Origin: Prevotella sp. | GTDB lineage: Bacteria > Bacteroidota > Bacteroidia > Bacteroidales > Dysgonomonadaceae | Length of the DNA: 53,582 nt | Assembly: GCA_031285625.1 (NCBI GenBank) | Contig: JAITVV010000057.1 | Span: 1-53,582 of the forward strand | Direction: 5' to 3' | Part shown: piece after piece, positions 1 to 9,975 of the stretch | How the letters are laid out: every line of letters starts with the position of its first letter | How positions within the stretch are numbered: the first letter of the stretch is position 1 | The notes under the pieces: generated by a model | Database searches by the model: none | Seen by the model: the letters and a program-made list of their open reading frames with translations, nothing else | Told to the model about the DNA's origin: nothing | Program-made: the position numbers and the translations under genes

Positions 1-1
1 G

Positions 2-112
2 GTATGGGGTATGGAGTCTTTCGGATTCTCTGCACCATACAAGGTACTGGATGAAAAACTGGGATTCACAGCACAAAATGTATACAACCAAGTCAAAAAA
101 TATTTGAAGTAA
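2..112 (+). CDS. tkt: Transketolase, C-terminal fragment (5' truncated by window)
   Basis: Frame 2 reads VWGMESFGFSAPYKVLDEKLGFTAQNVYNQVKKYLK*, matching the transketolase C-terminal 'FGxSAP...GFT' motif. It precedes an ara locus as in Bacteroides. Confidence 0.85.
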   Translation, partial: VWGMESFGFSAPYKVLDEKLGFTAQNVYNQVKKYLK

Positions 113-117
113 AAAAG

Positions 118-2466
118 ATGAAAACACTATCTGCATTCATTCTATCTTTTGTTTGTGCAATCACTGTTAGTGCACAGATTCATTCTAAAATCGAATATTT
201 TCATCTGCATGATGTCAAATTATTGGATAGTCCTTTCAGACATGCACAAGATTTAGATAAACAATATTTATTAGATTTAGATGCAGATAGGTTACTCGCT
301 CCTTTTCTCAGAGAGTCTGGTTTGGCACCTAAGACAGAGAGTTATACCAACTGGGAGAATACCGGACTTGATGGGCATATAGGCGGGCATTATTTATCCG
401 CTCTTTCTCTGATGTATGCATCTACAGGAGATCAGGAAATTAAACAACGCCTCGATTATATGATAAGTGAGTTGAAACGTTGTCAGGATGCAAATGGCAA
501 TGGTTATATCGGTGGTGTTCCCGGAGGTAAAGTTATCTGGCAGGAAGTAGCTGAAGGTAATATCAGAGCAGGAAATTTCGACCTGAATGCTAAATGGGTA
601 CCGCTATATAATATACATAAAACATATGCCGGACTCCGCGATGCTTATTTGTATGCCGATAATAAAGAAGCAAAAGACATACTGGTGAAAATGACCGATT
701 GGGCTATCAATCTTGTTTCTAAGCTGTCGGAAGAACAGATACAGGATATGCTTCGTAGCGAACATGGAGGATTGAATGAAACTTTTGCAGATGTAGCAGC
801 TATAACAGGAGATCAAAAGTATTTAAAGCTGGCGGAGCAATTCTCACATAAGCTTATTTTGAATCCGCTGTTAGCTCATGAAGATAATCTTACAGGGATG
901 CATGCAAATACCCAGATACCAAAGGTATTAGGATTTAAGCGTGTTGCTGATGTTGAAGGTAACGAATCATGGTCTGAAGCTGCCCGCTTTTTCTGGGAAA
1001 CGGTTATTGAACATCGCTCAGTTTGTATAGGAGGAAATAGTGTAAGCGAGCACTTTAATCCTGTAAATGATTTTTCGCGTATGATTAAACATATTGAAGG
1101 GCCTGAAACATGTAATACATACAATATGCTTCGTTTGTCAAAGATGCTGTATCAGACGTCTTTGGACAAGAAATATATCGACTATTACGAAAAGGCTTTA
1201 TATAATCATATCTTATCCACTCAGCATCCCGAAACCGGCGGTTTTGTCTATTTCACTCAGATGCGTCCGGGACATTACCGGGTGTACTCACAGCCTCAGA
1301 CAAGTTTTTGGTGCTGTGTGGGTTCTGGTATAGAGAATCATGCCAAGTACGGGGAGATGATCTATGCGCACACTGATAGTAAGTTGTATGTAAATCTCTT
1401 TATTCCATCTGAATTAAACTGGAAAGAAAAAGGAATAAAAATAACACAGAATAATTCATTTCCGGATGAAGCGAAAACAACACTACTTATAAATACCCAA
1501 AAAACTATAGAGTTTACATTAAAGCTTCGCAATCCGAATTGGGTTGAAAATGGAAAATTAAAGGTTAGTGTGAATGGAAAACAAATTTCTGGTCAGGCTG
1601 ATGAAGCTTATGTGAGTATCAATCGTATTTGGAAAGATGGTGATGCCATTGAAATGGAAATGCCTATGTATATGTCAGTGGAGCAGCTGCCTGACAAGTC
1701 TAATTATTATTCGTTTATGTATGGGCCTATTGTTTTAGCTGCTAAAACAGGTACAGAAGATCTGGCCGGACTATTTGCTGATGATAGTAGGGGAGGACAT
1801 ATCGCACATGGCAGGCAAATTCCAATGAAGGATATGCCGATAATTGTTAGTGAAGCAGATAAAATAATATCTTTAATAAAACCTTTTTCCAATAAGCCTT
1901 TGACGTTTACATTGAGTAGTTTATATTCAGATAAATATCCGGATAAGATGGAACTGATTCCTTTCTTCCGTCTGCATGATTCCCGTTATATTATTTACTG
2001 GCCACAAGCTACATCAGAAGAGGTAAAAGACTTGCAGAAAAGGATTGAACAGGAAGAACTGGAACGTATCAAACTGGATGCAATTACAATTGATAAAGTT
2101 GTTTGTGGAGAGCAGCAGCCTGAATCCGATCATTTTATCCAGTCAGAAAATTCATATACAGGATTTGAAGAAGAGGTGCATTGGCGTGAAACGCAGGGTT
2201 GGTTTAGTTATCAGATGAAAAATAATGGAAAAACAAAATTTTTATATTTGAAACTTCTTAATAACAACAATTTAAGTAACTTTGACATTTTTATAAATGG
2301 CCAGAAATTAGAGAACATAAATATAGAAAGTAAGGAGAACTTTGTTTATAATTATTATAACATCCCGGGTAATCTTATGCAAGAAAAGCTTGTTGTAAAA
2401 TTTACTGCTCATCGAAACCTGGTGAGCCCCAAAATTGTGGAGGTAAGAATTCTATCAGATAAATAG
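118..2466 (+). CDS. Secreted beta-L-arabinofuranosidase (GH127/GH146, DUF1680-type) with C-terminal accessory domains
   Basis: Signal peptide; motifs GHYLSA, EHGG, HANTQIPK, ETCNTYNML and WCCVGSG (Cys/Zn site); ara locus context. Confidence 0.9.
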   Translation: MKTLSAFILSFVCAITVSAQIHSKIEYFHLHDVKLLDSPFRHAQDLDKQYLLDLDADRLLAPFLRESGLAPKTESYTNWENTGLDGHIGGHYLSALSLMYASTGDQEIKQRLDYMISELKRCQDANGNGYIGGVPGGKVIWQEVAEGNIRAGNFDLNAKWVPLYNIHKTYAGLRDAYLYADNKEAKDILVKMTDWAINLVSKLSEEQIQDMLRSEHGGLNETFADVAAITGDQKYLKLAEQFSHKLILNPLLAHEDNLTGMHANTQIPKVLGFKRVADVEGNESWSEAARFFWETVIEHRSVCIGGNSVSEHFNPVNDFSRMIKHIEGPETCNTYNMLRLSKMLYQTSLDKKYIDYYEKALYNHILSTQHPETGGFVYFTQMRPGHYRVYSQPQTSFWCCVGSGIENHAKYGEMIYAHTDSKLYVNLFIPSELNWKEKGIKITQNNSFPDEAKTTLLINTQKTIEFTLKLRNPNWVENGKLKVSVNGKQISGQADEAYVSINRIWKDGDAIEMEMPMYMSVEQLPDKSNYYSFMYGPIVLAAKTGTEDLAGLFADDSRGGHIAHGRQIPMKDMPIIVSEADKIISLIKPFSNKPLTFTLSSLYSDKYPDKMELIPFFRLHDSRYIIYWPQATSEEVKDLQKRIEQEELERIKLDAITIDKVVCGEQQPESDHFIQSENSYTGFEEEVHWRETQGWFSYQMKNNGKTKFLYLKLLNNNNLSNFDIFINGQKLENINIESKENFVYNYYNIPGNLMQEKLVVKFTAHRNLVSPKIVEVRILSDK

Positions 2467-2555
2467 AAGAATTTTCTTAATTGTTCTGTTTTATAAGAAT
2501 TTGAATGATAAATAATTTGAGGACGAAAAAAATATAGTATATTTGTCCTCTTTTA

Positions 2556-2582
2556 AAATAAATGTATTGTATACACTTATTT
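2556..2582. promoter_or_regulatory. Putative AraR operator (autoregulation), downstream of a TATATTTG -7 promoter element at 2538-2545
   Basis: Imperfect palindrome AAATAAATGTA-TTGTA-TACACTTATTT with the same core as the sites at 3400-3455. Confidence 0.7.
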
Positions 2583-2601
2583 AATATAATGCTATTTGGA
2601 G

Positions 2602-3294
2602 ATGACACCATTATTTTATAGAGAACAGGAAAAGTTTTATGTATCAGTCGATTGTATTATTCTAGGATTCAAAGACGATAAATTATATTTGTTAATATCT
2701 AAGCGTAAATTTGAACCCTTGGAGGGCCATGATACGCTAATGGGTGGATTCTTACGTTCTGATGAAAGTCTTTCTGAAACTGTGTCCCGTGTTCTGTTTG
2801 AATATACCGGAATTAAGGATGTATATATGGAGCAGGTTGGTACTTATGGCGAAATAAATCGTGATGAAGGGGAACGTGTTATTTCCATTGCATATTATGC
2901 CCTGATTGACCTTGAGATGTTTGATGAGGAATTATGCAAAATACACAATGCCCGCTGGGAAGAACTGGATAAAGTAGGGAAACTGGTGTTTGACCATAAT
3001 CAGATGTTGGATGATACACTGGATATCCTGAGAAAGAAAACAGCAACTCAGCCAATTGGTTTTAATTTGCTTCCGGAGAAATTTACGTTACCTCAATTAC
3101 AATCTCTTTATGAAGCTATTCATCAGACAGTATTAGATAAACGTAACTTCAGGAAAAAAATATTAGAAATGGATATTCTCGAGAAACAAGACGATAAAGA
3201 TAAATCCAGTTCGAAAAGAGGAGCATTCTACTATACATTCAATAAAGAGAAATACGATCAGTTATTGCATAAAGGCTTCTTTTTCTCATTGTAA
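2602..3294 (+). CDS. araR: NrtR-family (NUDIX + winged HTH) L-arabinose regulator AraR
   Basis: N-terminal VSVDCII NUDIX-like fold with degenerate Nudix box; C-terminal LLPEKFTLPQLQ...DKRNFRKK wHTH. ATG at 2602 preferred over TTG at 2596. Confidence 0.88.
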   Translation: MTPLFYREQEKFYVSVDCIILGFKDDKLYLLISKRKFEPLEGHDTLMGGFLRSDESLSETVSRVLFEYTGIKDVYMEQVGTYGEINRDEGERVISIAYYALIDLEMFDEELCKIHNARWEELDKVGKLVFDHNQMLDDTLDILRKKTATQPIGFNLLPEKFTLPQLQSLYEAIHQTVLDKRNFRKKILEMDILEKQDDKDKSSSKRGAFYYTFNKEKYDQLLHKGFFFSL

Positions 3295-3322
3295 ATAAGA
3301 TAATATATTGTATGTAATAGAC

Positions 3323-3357
3323 AAAAAGAGAGCTTGTTGAGTTCTCTTTTCCCTTTT
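3323..3357 (+). terminator. Intrinsic terminator after araR
   Basis: AAAAGAGAGCTT/GAGTTCTCTTTT stem followed by a T-rich tract. Confidence 0.6.
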
Positions 3358-3399
3358 GTATATACTTTTTTTATTAAACATGTTTTACAACATAATTAA

Positions 3400-3455
3400 A
3401 ATAAGTGTATAATTGAACACTTATTCTTAATATTGCAAGTGTAAACTATACACTT
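3400..3455. promoter_or_regulatory. Tandem putative AraR operators upstream of araD
   Basis: AATAAGTGT-N8-ACACTTATT (3400-3425) and AAGTGTA-N5-TACACTT (3437-3455). Confidence 0.8.
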
Positions 3456-3479
3456 ATTTGAAGCTTAATATATAATATT

Positions 3480-4163
3480 ATGTTGGAATCATTAAAAAAA
3501 GAAGTATTCGAAGCTAACCTTGATCTCGTTAAACATGGACTGGTAATATTTACGTGGGGCAATGTAAGTGCTATAGATAGGGAGAAAGGATTGGTTGTAA
3601 TCAAACCGTCGGGCGTTTCATACGATACAATGAAAGCTGATGATATGGTTGTTATGGATCTGGATGGGAATGTTGTGGAAGGAAAACTAAAACCTTCATC
3701 AGATACACCTACTCATCTTGTACTTTATAAAGCATTCCCAAATGTCGGTGGTATCGTACATACACATTCTACATATGCTACATCATGGGCGCAGTCGGGT
3801 TGCGATATCCCGAATATAGGCACTACACATGCTGATTATTTCAAAGATGAAATCCCTTGTACAAGGCAGATGACCAAGGATGAAATTGAGGGAAAGTATG
3901 AACTGGAAACAGGAAATGTGATTGTTGAGCGTTTCTCAGAACTGAATGCGGACTATACACCCGGTGTACTCGTAAACAATCATGGTCCCTTCTCATGGGG
4001 GAAAGATGCTCACAGTGCGGTTCACAATGCAGTTGTACTGGAGCAGGTAGCTAAGATGGCTTTTATTTCGTTTAATATCAATCCTCAGTTGAAGATGAAT
4101 CAGGAACTGATAAAGAAGCACTTTTTCAGAAAACACGGTCCGGATGCTTATTACGGACAGTAG
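3480..4163 (+). CDS. araD: L-ribulose-5-phosphate 4-epimerase
   Basis: Motifs [28 protein letters not shown] and RKHG..AYYGQ. Confidence 0.97.
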   Translation: MLESLKKEVFEANLDLVKHGLVIFTWGNVSAIDREKGLVVIKPSGVSYDTMKADDMVVMDLDGNVVEGKLKPSSDTPTHLVLYKAFPNVGGIVHTHSTYATSWAQSGCDIPNIGTTHADYFKDEIPCTRQMTKDEIEGKYELETGNVIVERFSELNADYTPGVLVNNHGPFSWGKDAHSAVHNAVVLEQVAKMAFISFNINPQLKMNQELIKKHFFRKHGPDAYYGQ

Positions 4164-4198
4164 AAAATATTAATTACTAACATTAAAAATATAATATC

Positions 4199-5701
4199 AT
4201 GAATTTTAAAGATTTAGAAGTTTGGTTTGTAACCGGAGCACAATTGCTTTATGGTGGAGATGCAGTAGTTCAGGTAGATTCACATTCTACTGAAATGGTG
4301 AAAGGCCTGAACGATTCGGGTATCCTGCCTATTAAGGTAGTTTATAAAGGTACAGCTAATTCTTCCGCAGAAATCTCTGCAATTATGCGCGCTGCCAACG
4401 GCGATACTAAATGTGTGGGTATGATAACATGGATGCACACATTCTCTCCGGCTAAAATGTGGATACATGGTTTGATGGATTACAAGAAGCCATTGCTTCA
4501 CTTCCATACCCAGTACAATAAAGAAATTCCGTGGAATGAGATGGATATGGACTTTATGAACCTGAACCAGTCCGCTCACGGAGACCGCGAATTTGGTCAT
4601 ATAACAAGCCGTCTGCGTAAGCCTCGCAAAGTTGTGGTTGGTTACTGGAAAGATAAGGATACCCAGAGCAAAATTGCAGCATGGCAACGTGTTTGTGCAG
4701 GTTGGGCAGATTCACAGGATATGCTTATCATCCGTTTTGGTGATAATATGAATAATGTTGCTGTAACAGACGGGGATAAAGTAGAGGCTGAAATTCGTTT
4801 AGGTTATCACGTTGACAATGCTCCTATTGCGACATTAGTTCCATATGTGGAAGCAGTTACTGAAACTGAAATAGATGCACTCATTGCAGAATATGAAAAG
4901 GTATATGATTTTGCCGATGATTGCAAAAAAGGTGCGGAGAAACACCAGTTTGTACGTGATGCAGCAGCTCAGGAAATAGGCCTTCGCCGTTTCTTACAAG
5001 ATAAAGGAGCAAAAGGGTTTACTACCAGCTTTAATGAACTGGAAGGCATGAAACAATTAATGGGATTTGCTTCTCAGCGTTTGATGGCAGAGGGATACGG
5101 GTTTGGAGCCGAAGGAGACTGGAAATCGGCAGCTCTTGTACGCACAATGTGGGTTATGGGACAAGGTTTACCGGGAGGACAATCATTCCTTGAAGATTAT
5201 ACATTGAACTTTGATGGAGAGAATAGTACAATCCTTCAATCACACATGTTGGAAATAAACCCGGATATTACAGGTACAAAACCTCGCGTAGAAGTTCATT
5301 TTCTTGGAATAGGCGATGCACGCACTTGCGCTCGTCTGGTATTCCAGGCGCACAAGGGAGAAGGTGTTGCTGCTACAATCGTAGATATGGGTAACCGTTT
5401 CCGCATGATTGTAAATGAAGTTGAGGTAAAAGAGCCGAAACCGCTTCCAAAACTACCTGTAGCTTGTGCTTTGTGGAAACCTATGCCTAATTTTGAAATA
5501 GGGGCAGGTGCATGGATTGTAGCCGGAGGTACACACCATTCAAGCTTCTCTTTCTCTGTTACGATGGAAATGTTGGAAGACTATGCTGAAATTGCAAATA
5601 TAGAATTGCTTAAGATTGACAAAAACACTACGATGAGTAACTTCAAATTTGAACTGAAAGTTAATGAAGTATACTACTTATTAAATAAAGCGTTAAGCTA
5701 A
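4199..5701 (+). CDS. araA: L-arabinose isomerase
   Basis: Motifs WMHTFSPAKMW, MNLNQSAHGDREFG, GFGAEGDWK and GGTHH. Confidence 0.97.
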   Translation: MNFKDLEVWFVTGAQLLYGGDAVVQVDSHSTEMVKGLNDSGILPIKVVYKGTANSSAEISAIMRAANGDTKCVGMITWMHTFSPAKMWIHGLMDYKKPLLHFHTQYNKEIPWNEMDMDFMNLNQSAHGDREFGHITSRLRKPRKVVVGYWKDKDTQSKIAAWQRVCAGWADSQDMLIIRFGDNMNNVAVTDGDKVEAEIRLGYHVDNAPIATLVPYVEAVTETEIDALIAEYEKVYDFADDCKKGAEKHQFVRDAAAQEIGLRRFLQDKGAKGFTTSFNELEGMKQLMGFASQRLMAEGYGFGAEGDWKSAALVRTMWVMGQGLPGGQSFLEDYTLNFDGENSTILQSHMLEINPDITGTKPRVEVHFLGIGDARTCARLVFQAHKGEGVAATIVDMGNRFRMIVNEVEVKEPKPLPKLPVACALWKPMPNFEIGAGAWIVAGGTHHSSFSFSVTMEMLEDYAEIANIELLKIDKNTTMSNFKFELKVNEVYYLLNKALS

Positions 5702-5716
5702 AGATTGTTTTTTAAG

Positions 5717-5745
5717 GTATAGGGAGTAGTGATTATTCCCTATAC
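5717..5745 (+). other. Intercistronic stem-loop between araA and araB (mRNA stabiliser or attenuator)
   Basis: GTATAGGGAGTA/TATTCCCTATAC inverted repeat. Confidence 0.55.
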
Positions 5746-5776
5746 TTACTTTTCACTATTAAAGAACTAGATACCT

Positions 5777-7450
5777 ATGAAACAAGCATATGCCATTGGA
5801 CTAGATTATGGGTCGGATTCCTGCCGGGCTGTAATCATAGAAGCAGAAACCGGAAAAGAGGTTGCTTCATCAGTAAAATATTACAAACGCTGGTTGCAGG
5901 GCAAATACTGCGACCCTGCTAATAATCAATACAGACAACACCCTTTGGATTATATCGAAGCTCTCGAAGAATCTGTAAAAGAAGCTTTGGGTAAATCTCC
6001 TACAGGAACTGCTGAGGCTGTAGTCGGTATGTCTTTTGATACTACAGGTTCGACTCCGGCACTCATTGATGAGGAAGGACAAGTTCTGGCATTACGTCCT
6101 GAATTTGCAGAGAATCCGAATGCGATGTTTATCCTTTGGAAAGACCATACTGCGGTTAAAGAAGCTGCAAGAATAAATGAAATAGCAAAAAAATGGCCAA
6201 TCGACTATACAGCTTACGAAGGTGGAATATATTCCAGTGAATGGGTATGGGCAAAAATGGCTCATGTTTTGAAAATCGATAAATCTATTGTCAACGATGC
6301 GTATAGTTGGGTTGAGCATTGCGACTGGATGCCTGCTCTCATTACAGGGAAAACAAAACCGACCGAAATAGTTCGTGGGCGTTGTGCAGCTGGGCATAAG
6401 GCTATGTGGTTGAAAGAATGGGACGGACTTCCCACAGAAGATTTTCTGGTAGAGATAGCACCCGAGCTGAAAGGATTTAGAGAGCATCTGTTCCATGATA
6501 CATATACAAGTGAAGTGAAAGTGGGTAACCTGACCCAGGAATGGGCCGACAGACTGGGCTTAACTACTAATGTTGCTGTAGGGGTAGGAGCTTTCGACTG
6601 TCACATGGGAGCAGTAGGGGCTGAGATTGAGCCAAAAACGTTTGTTCGTGTTATCGGTACATCTACCTGTGATATAATGGTAGCATCCTACGAAGATATG
6701 CACGGAAAACTTGTTCCGGGAATCTGCGGACAGGTAGACGGCTCTGTTATACCGGGAATGGTAGGCCTGGAAGCAGGGCAATCCGGCTTTGGAGATATCT
6801 ATGCATGGTTTAAGTCGGTATTGGCCTGGCCATTAGAAAAAATATTAAAAGAATCGTCATTAGTCGATGAGGCTACAAAAAATAAACTGATAAAGGAAGC
6901 TTTGGATAAAATGATTCCGGAACTTTCCAAAGAGGCAGCGAAACTACCTGTATCTGAAAGCTCAGTACTGGCTATCGACTGGATGAATGGCCGCCGTACT
7001 CCGGATGCGAACCAATTGGTAAAAGGTACGATAACAGGCCTGAATCTGGCGAGTTCAGCTCCATTGATTTTCAGGGCATTAGTTGAGGCTACGGCATTTG
7101 GCTCTAAAGCTATTGTTGACCGTTTTCTCGAAAATGGAATTGAAATAGAAAGTGTGATTGGTATTGGTGGTATTTCCCTGAAATCACCATTAGTAATGCA
7201 GACTCTTGCGGATGTGTTGGGTATGCCTATCAAAGTGGCTAAATCGGAGCAGGCTTGCGCTTTCGGCGCGGCTATGTTTGCATCTGTGGCGGCAGGGGTG
7301 CATCCTGATATTAAAGCTGCACAGAAAGCTATGGGACAGGGATTTGCATTTGAATACAAACCTGATATGGATAAACATGAAGTATATATGAAGATATATA
7401 CAAAATATCAGAAATTGGGTAAATTTACTGAAACAGAATTATTTCAATAA
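5777..7450 (+). CDS. araB: L-ribulokinase (FGGY family)
   Basis: Motifs GLDYGSDS, WKDHTA, YSSEW, GICGQVDGSV and DWMNGRRTP. Confidence 0.95.
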   Translation: MKQAYAIGLDYGSDSCRAVIIEAETGKEVASSVKYYKRWLQGKYCDPANNQYRQHPLDYIEALEESVKEALGKSPTGTAEAVVGMSFDTTGSTPALIDEEGQVLALRPEFAENPNAMFILWKDHTAVKEAARINEIAKKWPIDYTAYEGGIYSSEWVWAKMAHVLKIDKSIVNDAYSWVEHCDWMPALITGKTKPTEIVRGRCAAGHKAMWLKEWDGLPTEDFLVEIAPELKGFREHLFHDTYTSEVKVGNLTQEWADRLGLTTNVAVGVGAFDCHMGAVGAEIEPKTFVRVIGTSTCDIMVASYEDMHGKLVPGICGQVDGSVIPGMVGLEAGQSGFGDIYAWFKSVLAWPLEKILKESSLVDEATKNKLIKEALDKMIPELSKEAAKLPVSESSVLAIDWMNGRRTPDANQLVKGTITGLNLASSAPLIFRALVEATAFGSKAIVDRFLENGIEIESVIGIGGISLKSPLVMQTLADVLGMPIKVAKSEQACAFGAAMFASVAAGVHPDIKAAQKAMGQGFAFEYKPDMDKHEVYMKIYTKYQKLGKFTETELFQ

Positions 7451-7452
7451 AT

Positions 7453-7529
7453 TAAAAATAAAGAATGAAGGATGAAAAATTGGCTCAAAGCGACCTATTT
7501 GATCTTTAATTCTTAATTTATAATTCTTA
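7453..7529. repeat. Inverted heptamer-repeat array (4x7 / 4x7)
   Basis: TAAAAAT-AAAGAAT-GAAGGAT-GAAAAAT (7453-7480) faces ATCTTTA-ATTCTTA-ATTTATA-ATTCTTA (7502-7529). Confidence 0.55.
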
Positions 7530-7543
7530 ATTTAAAATATACT

Positions 7544-9289
7544 ATGAATTGGAATTCGCACGAATTTATATGGCTCGACTGGGTGATTATTGTAGTCGGG
7601 ATACTGGCGGTAACATGGGCTGTCTGGCGTTCGATACAGAAAGATAAACGCCTGCAACAGGGTGCCAACAGCGAAGATTATCTGTTTGGTAAAGGTGAGC
7701 CGTGGTACATTATTGGTGCAGCTATCTTTGCTGCAAACATTGGCTCTGAACATCTTGTGGGGCTTGCCGGAACAGGCGCAAAATCCGGTGTTGGTATGGC
7801 GCACTGGGAGATGCAAGGATGGATGATACTTATTTTGGGTTGGCTTTTTGTGCCTTTCTACCAGCTTATGAACAATAAGATGGGGAAAATTATTACAATG
7901 CCTGATTTCCTTAAATATCGCTACACGCCTAAGACCGGTTCGTGGTTGTCCATTATCACTCTCATTGCCTATGTACTTACCAAAGTGAGTGTAACGGCAT
8001 TTACCGGAGGTATTTTTATGGAGAGCCTTCTGGGATTACCATTTTGGTATGGAGCTATCGGTCTGATAGTATTAACTGGTATCTTCACAGTTTTCGGCGG
8101 TATGAAGGGAGTGATGACGCTTTCGGCCATTCAGACCCCAATACTCATTATCGGCTCATTCCTTGTACTTTTCTTAGGGTTATCTGCGCTCGGAGGTGGT
8201 AGTATTGCCGAAGGCTGGACTGCAATGATGGACTTTGCAAAAACTCAGAATGTAGGAGCAGATGGTGTTGCATACGGTACAAACCACATGTTTCACTTTA
8301 GTACAGGTGACCCTTTGTATGATGATTATCCTGGATTTTGGGTATTTATAGGAGCATCTATTATAGGCTTTTGGTATTGGTGTACCGACCAACATATTGT
8401 TCAGCGTGTACTTGGACAACGCAAGGGGGAATCAAATGAGGTAGTGATGAAACGTGCGCGCAGAGGTACTATAGCTGCCGGCTATTTCAAGCTGCTTCCT
8501 GTTTTTATGTTTCTGATACCGGGTATGATTGCTGCTGCATTAGCGGCACGTCCAGACAGTGGCTTTACATTGGACGACCCCGATACCGCCTTTGGTTCAA
8601 TGGTTAAATTTGTGTTGCCTGCCGGTGTGAAGGGTATTGTTACCATCGGTTTTATATCTGCGTTGGTTGCTTCTTTGGCAGCATTCTTCAATTCCTGCGC
8701 TACACTGTTTACAGAAGATTTCTATAAACCAATGTTTAAAAATAAGAGCGAAACTACTTATGTTATGGTAGGTCGTATTGCAACAATGGTTGTTGTCGTA
8801 TTGGGTATTGTCTGGATACCTATCATGATGAGCCTTGGTAGCCTTTACGATTATCTGCAAGGTATACAGTCGCTGCTTGCTCCTGCAATGGTAGCTGTAT
8901 TTGCATTGGGTATATTCTCTAAACGGATTACGCCGAAGGCAGGTGAAGTGGGTATGATAGTAGGCTTTATTATTGGAATGGTACGTTTGCTGACTAATAT
9001 CTTTACAGATACAGGTAAGGCTGTAATGACAGGCGGACTCTGGGAAAGCACAACCTGGTTCTGGCAAACCAATTGGCTTATTTTTGAAATATGGCTGCTT
9101 GTCTTCATCATGTTGTTGATGGTTGTAGTATCGTTCTTCACTCCGAAGCCAACTGCTCAACAGATAGAGGCTATTACTTTCACAGATGACTATAAGAAAC
9201 AAATAGGGAAGAGCTGGAGCAAGTGGGATGTTATTGCCTCGCTTGGTGTAGTAGCTCTCTGCGGACTATTTTATTGGTATTTCTGGTAA
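7544..9289 (+). CDS. Sodium:solute symporter (SGLT-like), probable L-arabinose permease
   Basis: Motifs ANIGSEHLVGLAG and WYWCTDQHIVQR; many TM helices; last gene of the ara operon. Confidence 0.9.
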   Translation: MNWNSHEFIWLDWVIIVVGILAVTWAVWRSIQKDKRLQQGANSEDYLFGKGEPWYIIGAAIFAANIGSEHLVGLAGTGAKSGVGMAHWEMQGWMILILGWLFVPFYQLMNNKMGKIITMPDFLKYRYTPKTGSWLSIITLIAYVLTKVSVTAFTGGIFMESLLGLPFWYGAIGLIVLTGIFTVFGGMKGVMTLSAIQTPILIIGSFLVLFLGLSALGGGSIAEGWTAMMDFAKTQNVGADGVAYGTNHMFHFSTGDPLYDDYPGFWVFIGASIIGFWYWCTDQHIVQRVLGQRKGESNEVVMKRARRGTIAAGYFKLLPVFMFLIPGMIAAALAARPDSGFTLDDPDTAFGSMVKFVLPAGVKGIVTIGFISALVASLAAFFNSCATLFTEDFYKPMFKNKSETTYVMVGRIATMVVVVLGIVWIPIMMSLGSLYDYLQGIQSLLAPAMVAVFALGIFSKRITPKAGEVGMIVGFIIGMVRLLTNIFTDTGKAVMTGGLWESTTWFWQTNWLIFEIWLLVFIMLLMVVVSFFTPKPTAQQIEAITFTDDYKKQIGKSWSKWDVIASLGVVALCGLFYWYFW

Positions 9290-9311
9290 TCAGATTATTT
9301 ATTTGGGAATT

Positions 9312-9338
9312 GTAGGGGCAGGCAAACCCTGCCCCTAC
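9312..9338. repeat. GTAG-type REP-like palindrome
   Basis: Perfect 11-bp arms, GTAGGGGCAGG-CAAAC-CCTGCCCCTAC; GC-rich in an AT-rich background. Confidence 0.65.
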
Positions 9339-9350
9339 GGATACAATATG

Positions 9351-9385
9351 AAAAGAACTGTGCCAATTTCAGGCACAGTTCTTTT
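9351..9385. terminator. Bidirectional intrinsic terminator
   Basis: AAAAGAACTGTGCC-N7-GGCACAGTTCTTTT between convergent genes. Confidence 0.85.
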
Positions 9386-9412
9386 GCTATATATTCTTCA
9401 GAAGATAGCTTT

Positions 9413-9820
9413 TTATTTATGTACCCAAAGACTAGTTAATTTTAAGAAACCTCCAGTAGGTGTATAAGCATAAAAAGCTGCAGGATCGGGTCCGTAATTT
9501 GTTCCTGAGAAGATAACCTTTAACCCTTCTTTTTCATATTCTTTTGGTAATCCGCATGGTATATAGGTCAATCCTTTATTATCTTTAATAAGAACTATTT
9601 CCGTATCAGCATCTTTTACCTTATGGAAGATTATTTCACCTGAAAGTTTAGTGATTTTACCTAATTCATTTTGTCCTTCAGATATACAACTAAGGTCTTC
9701 TCCTTCCAGACTAACTTCTTTAAAATCCTCTATGTTAAAGTCATCGTCATCACTATCACATGATGTAAAAAATAATCCCGTGGATAAAAAGAATACGATA
9801 AGGAAATAATAAGTTTTCAT
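9413..9820 (-). CDS. Small lipoprotein of unknown function, probably surface-exposed
   Basis: Lipobox FFTS-C followed by acidic DSDDDD (resembles the Bacteroidetes lipoprotein export signal). Confidence 0.75.
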   Translation of the reverse strand: MKTYYFLIVFFLSTGLFFTSCDSDDDDFNIEDFKEVSLEGEDLSCISEGQNELGKITKLSGEIIFHKVKDADTEIVLIKDNKGLTYIPCGLPKEYEKEGLKVIFSGTNYGPDPAAFYAYTPTGGFLKLTSLWVHK

Positions 9821-9847
9821 AATAAATAATTTATTGGTTCTATATAA

Positions 9848-9877
9848 TATGATGCATGATGATGTTATAAAGTTGCA
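9848..9877 (-). promoter_or_regulatory. Putative ECF-sigma promoter
   Basis: Minus strand TGCAAC-N17-CATCATA, ending 28 bp before the ATG. Confidence 0.55.
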
Positions 9878-9975
9878 AGAGCTATATTATTTCATTTTGT
9901 CAAGATTCCCTTATTACAATATTTTTTATACTTTTGCATAGCTGAAAAAATAGATTAACGATTATATAAATATTT

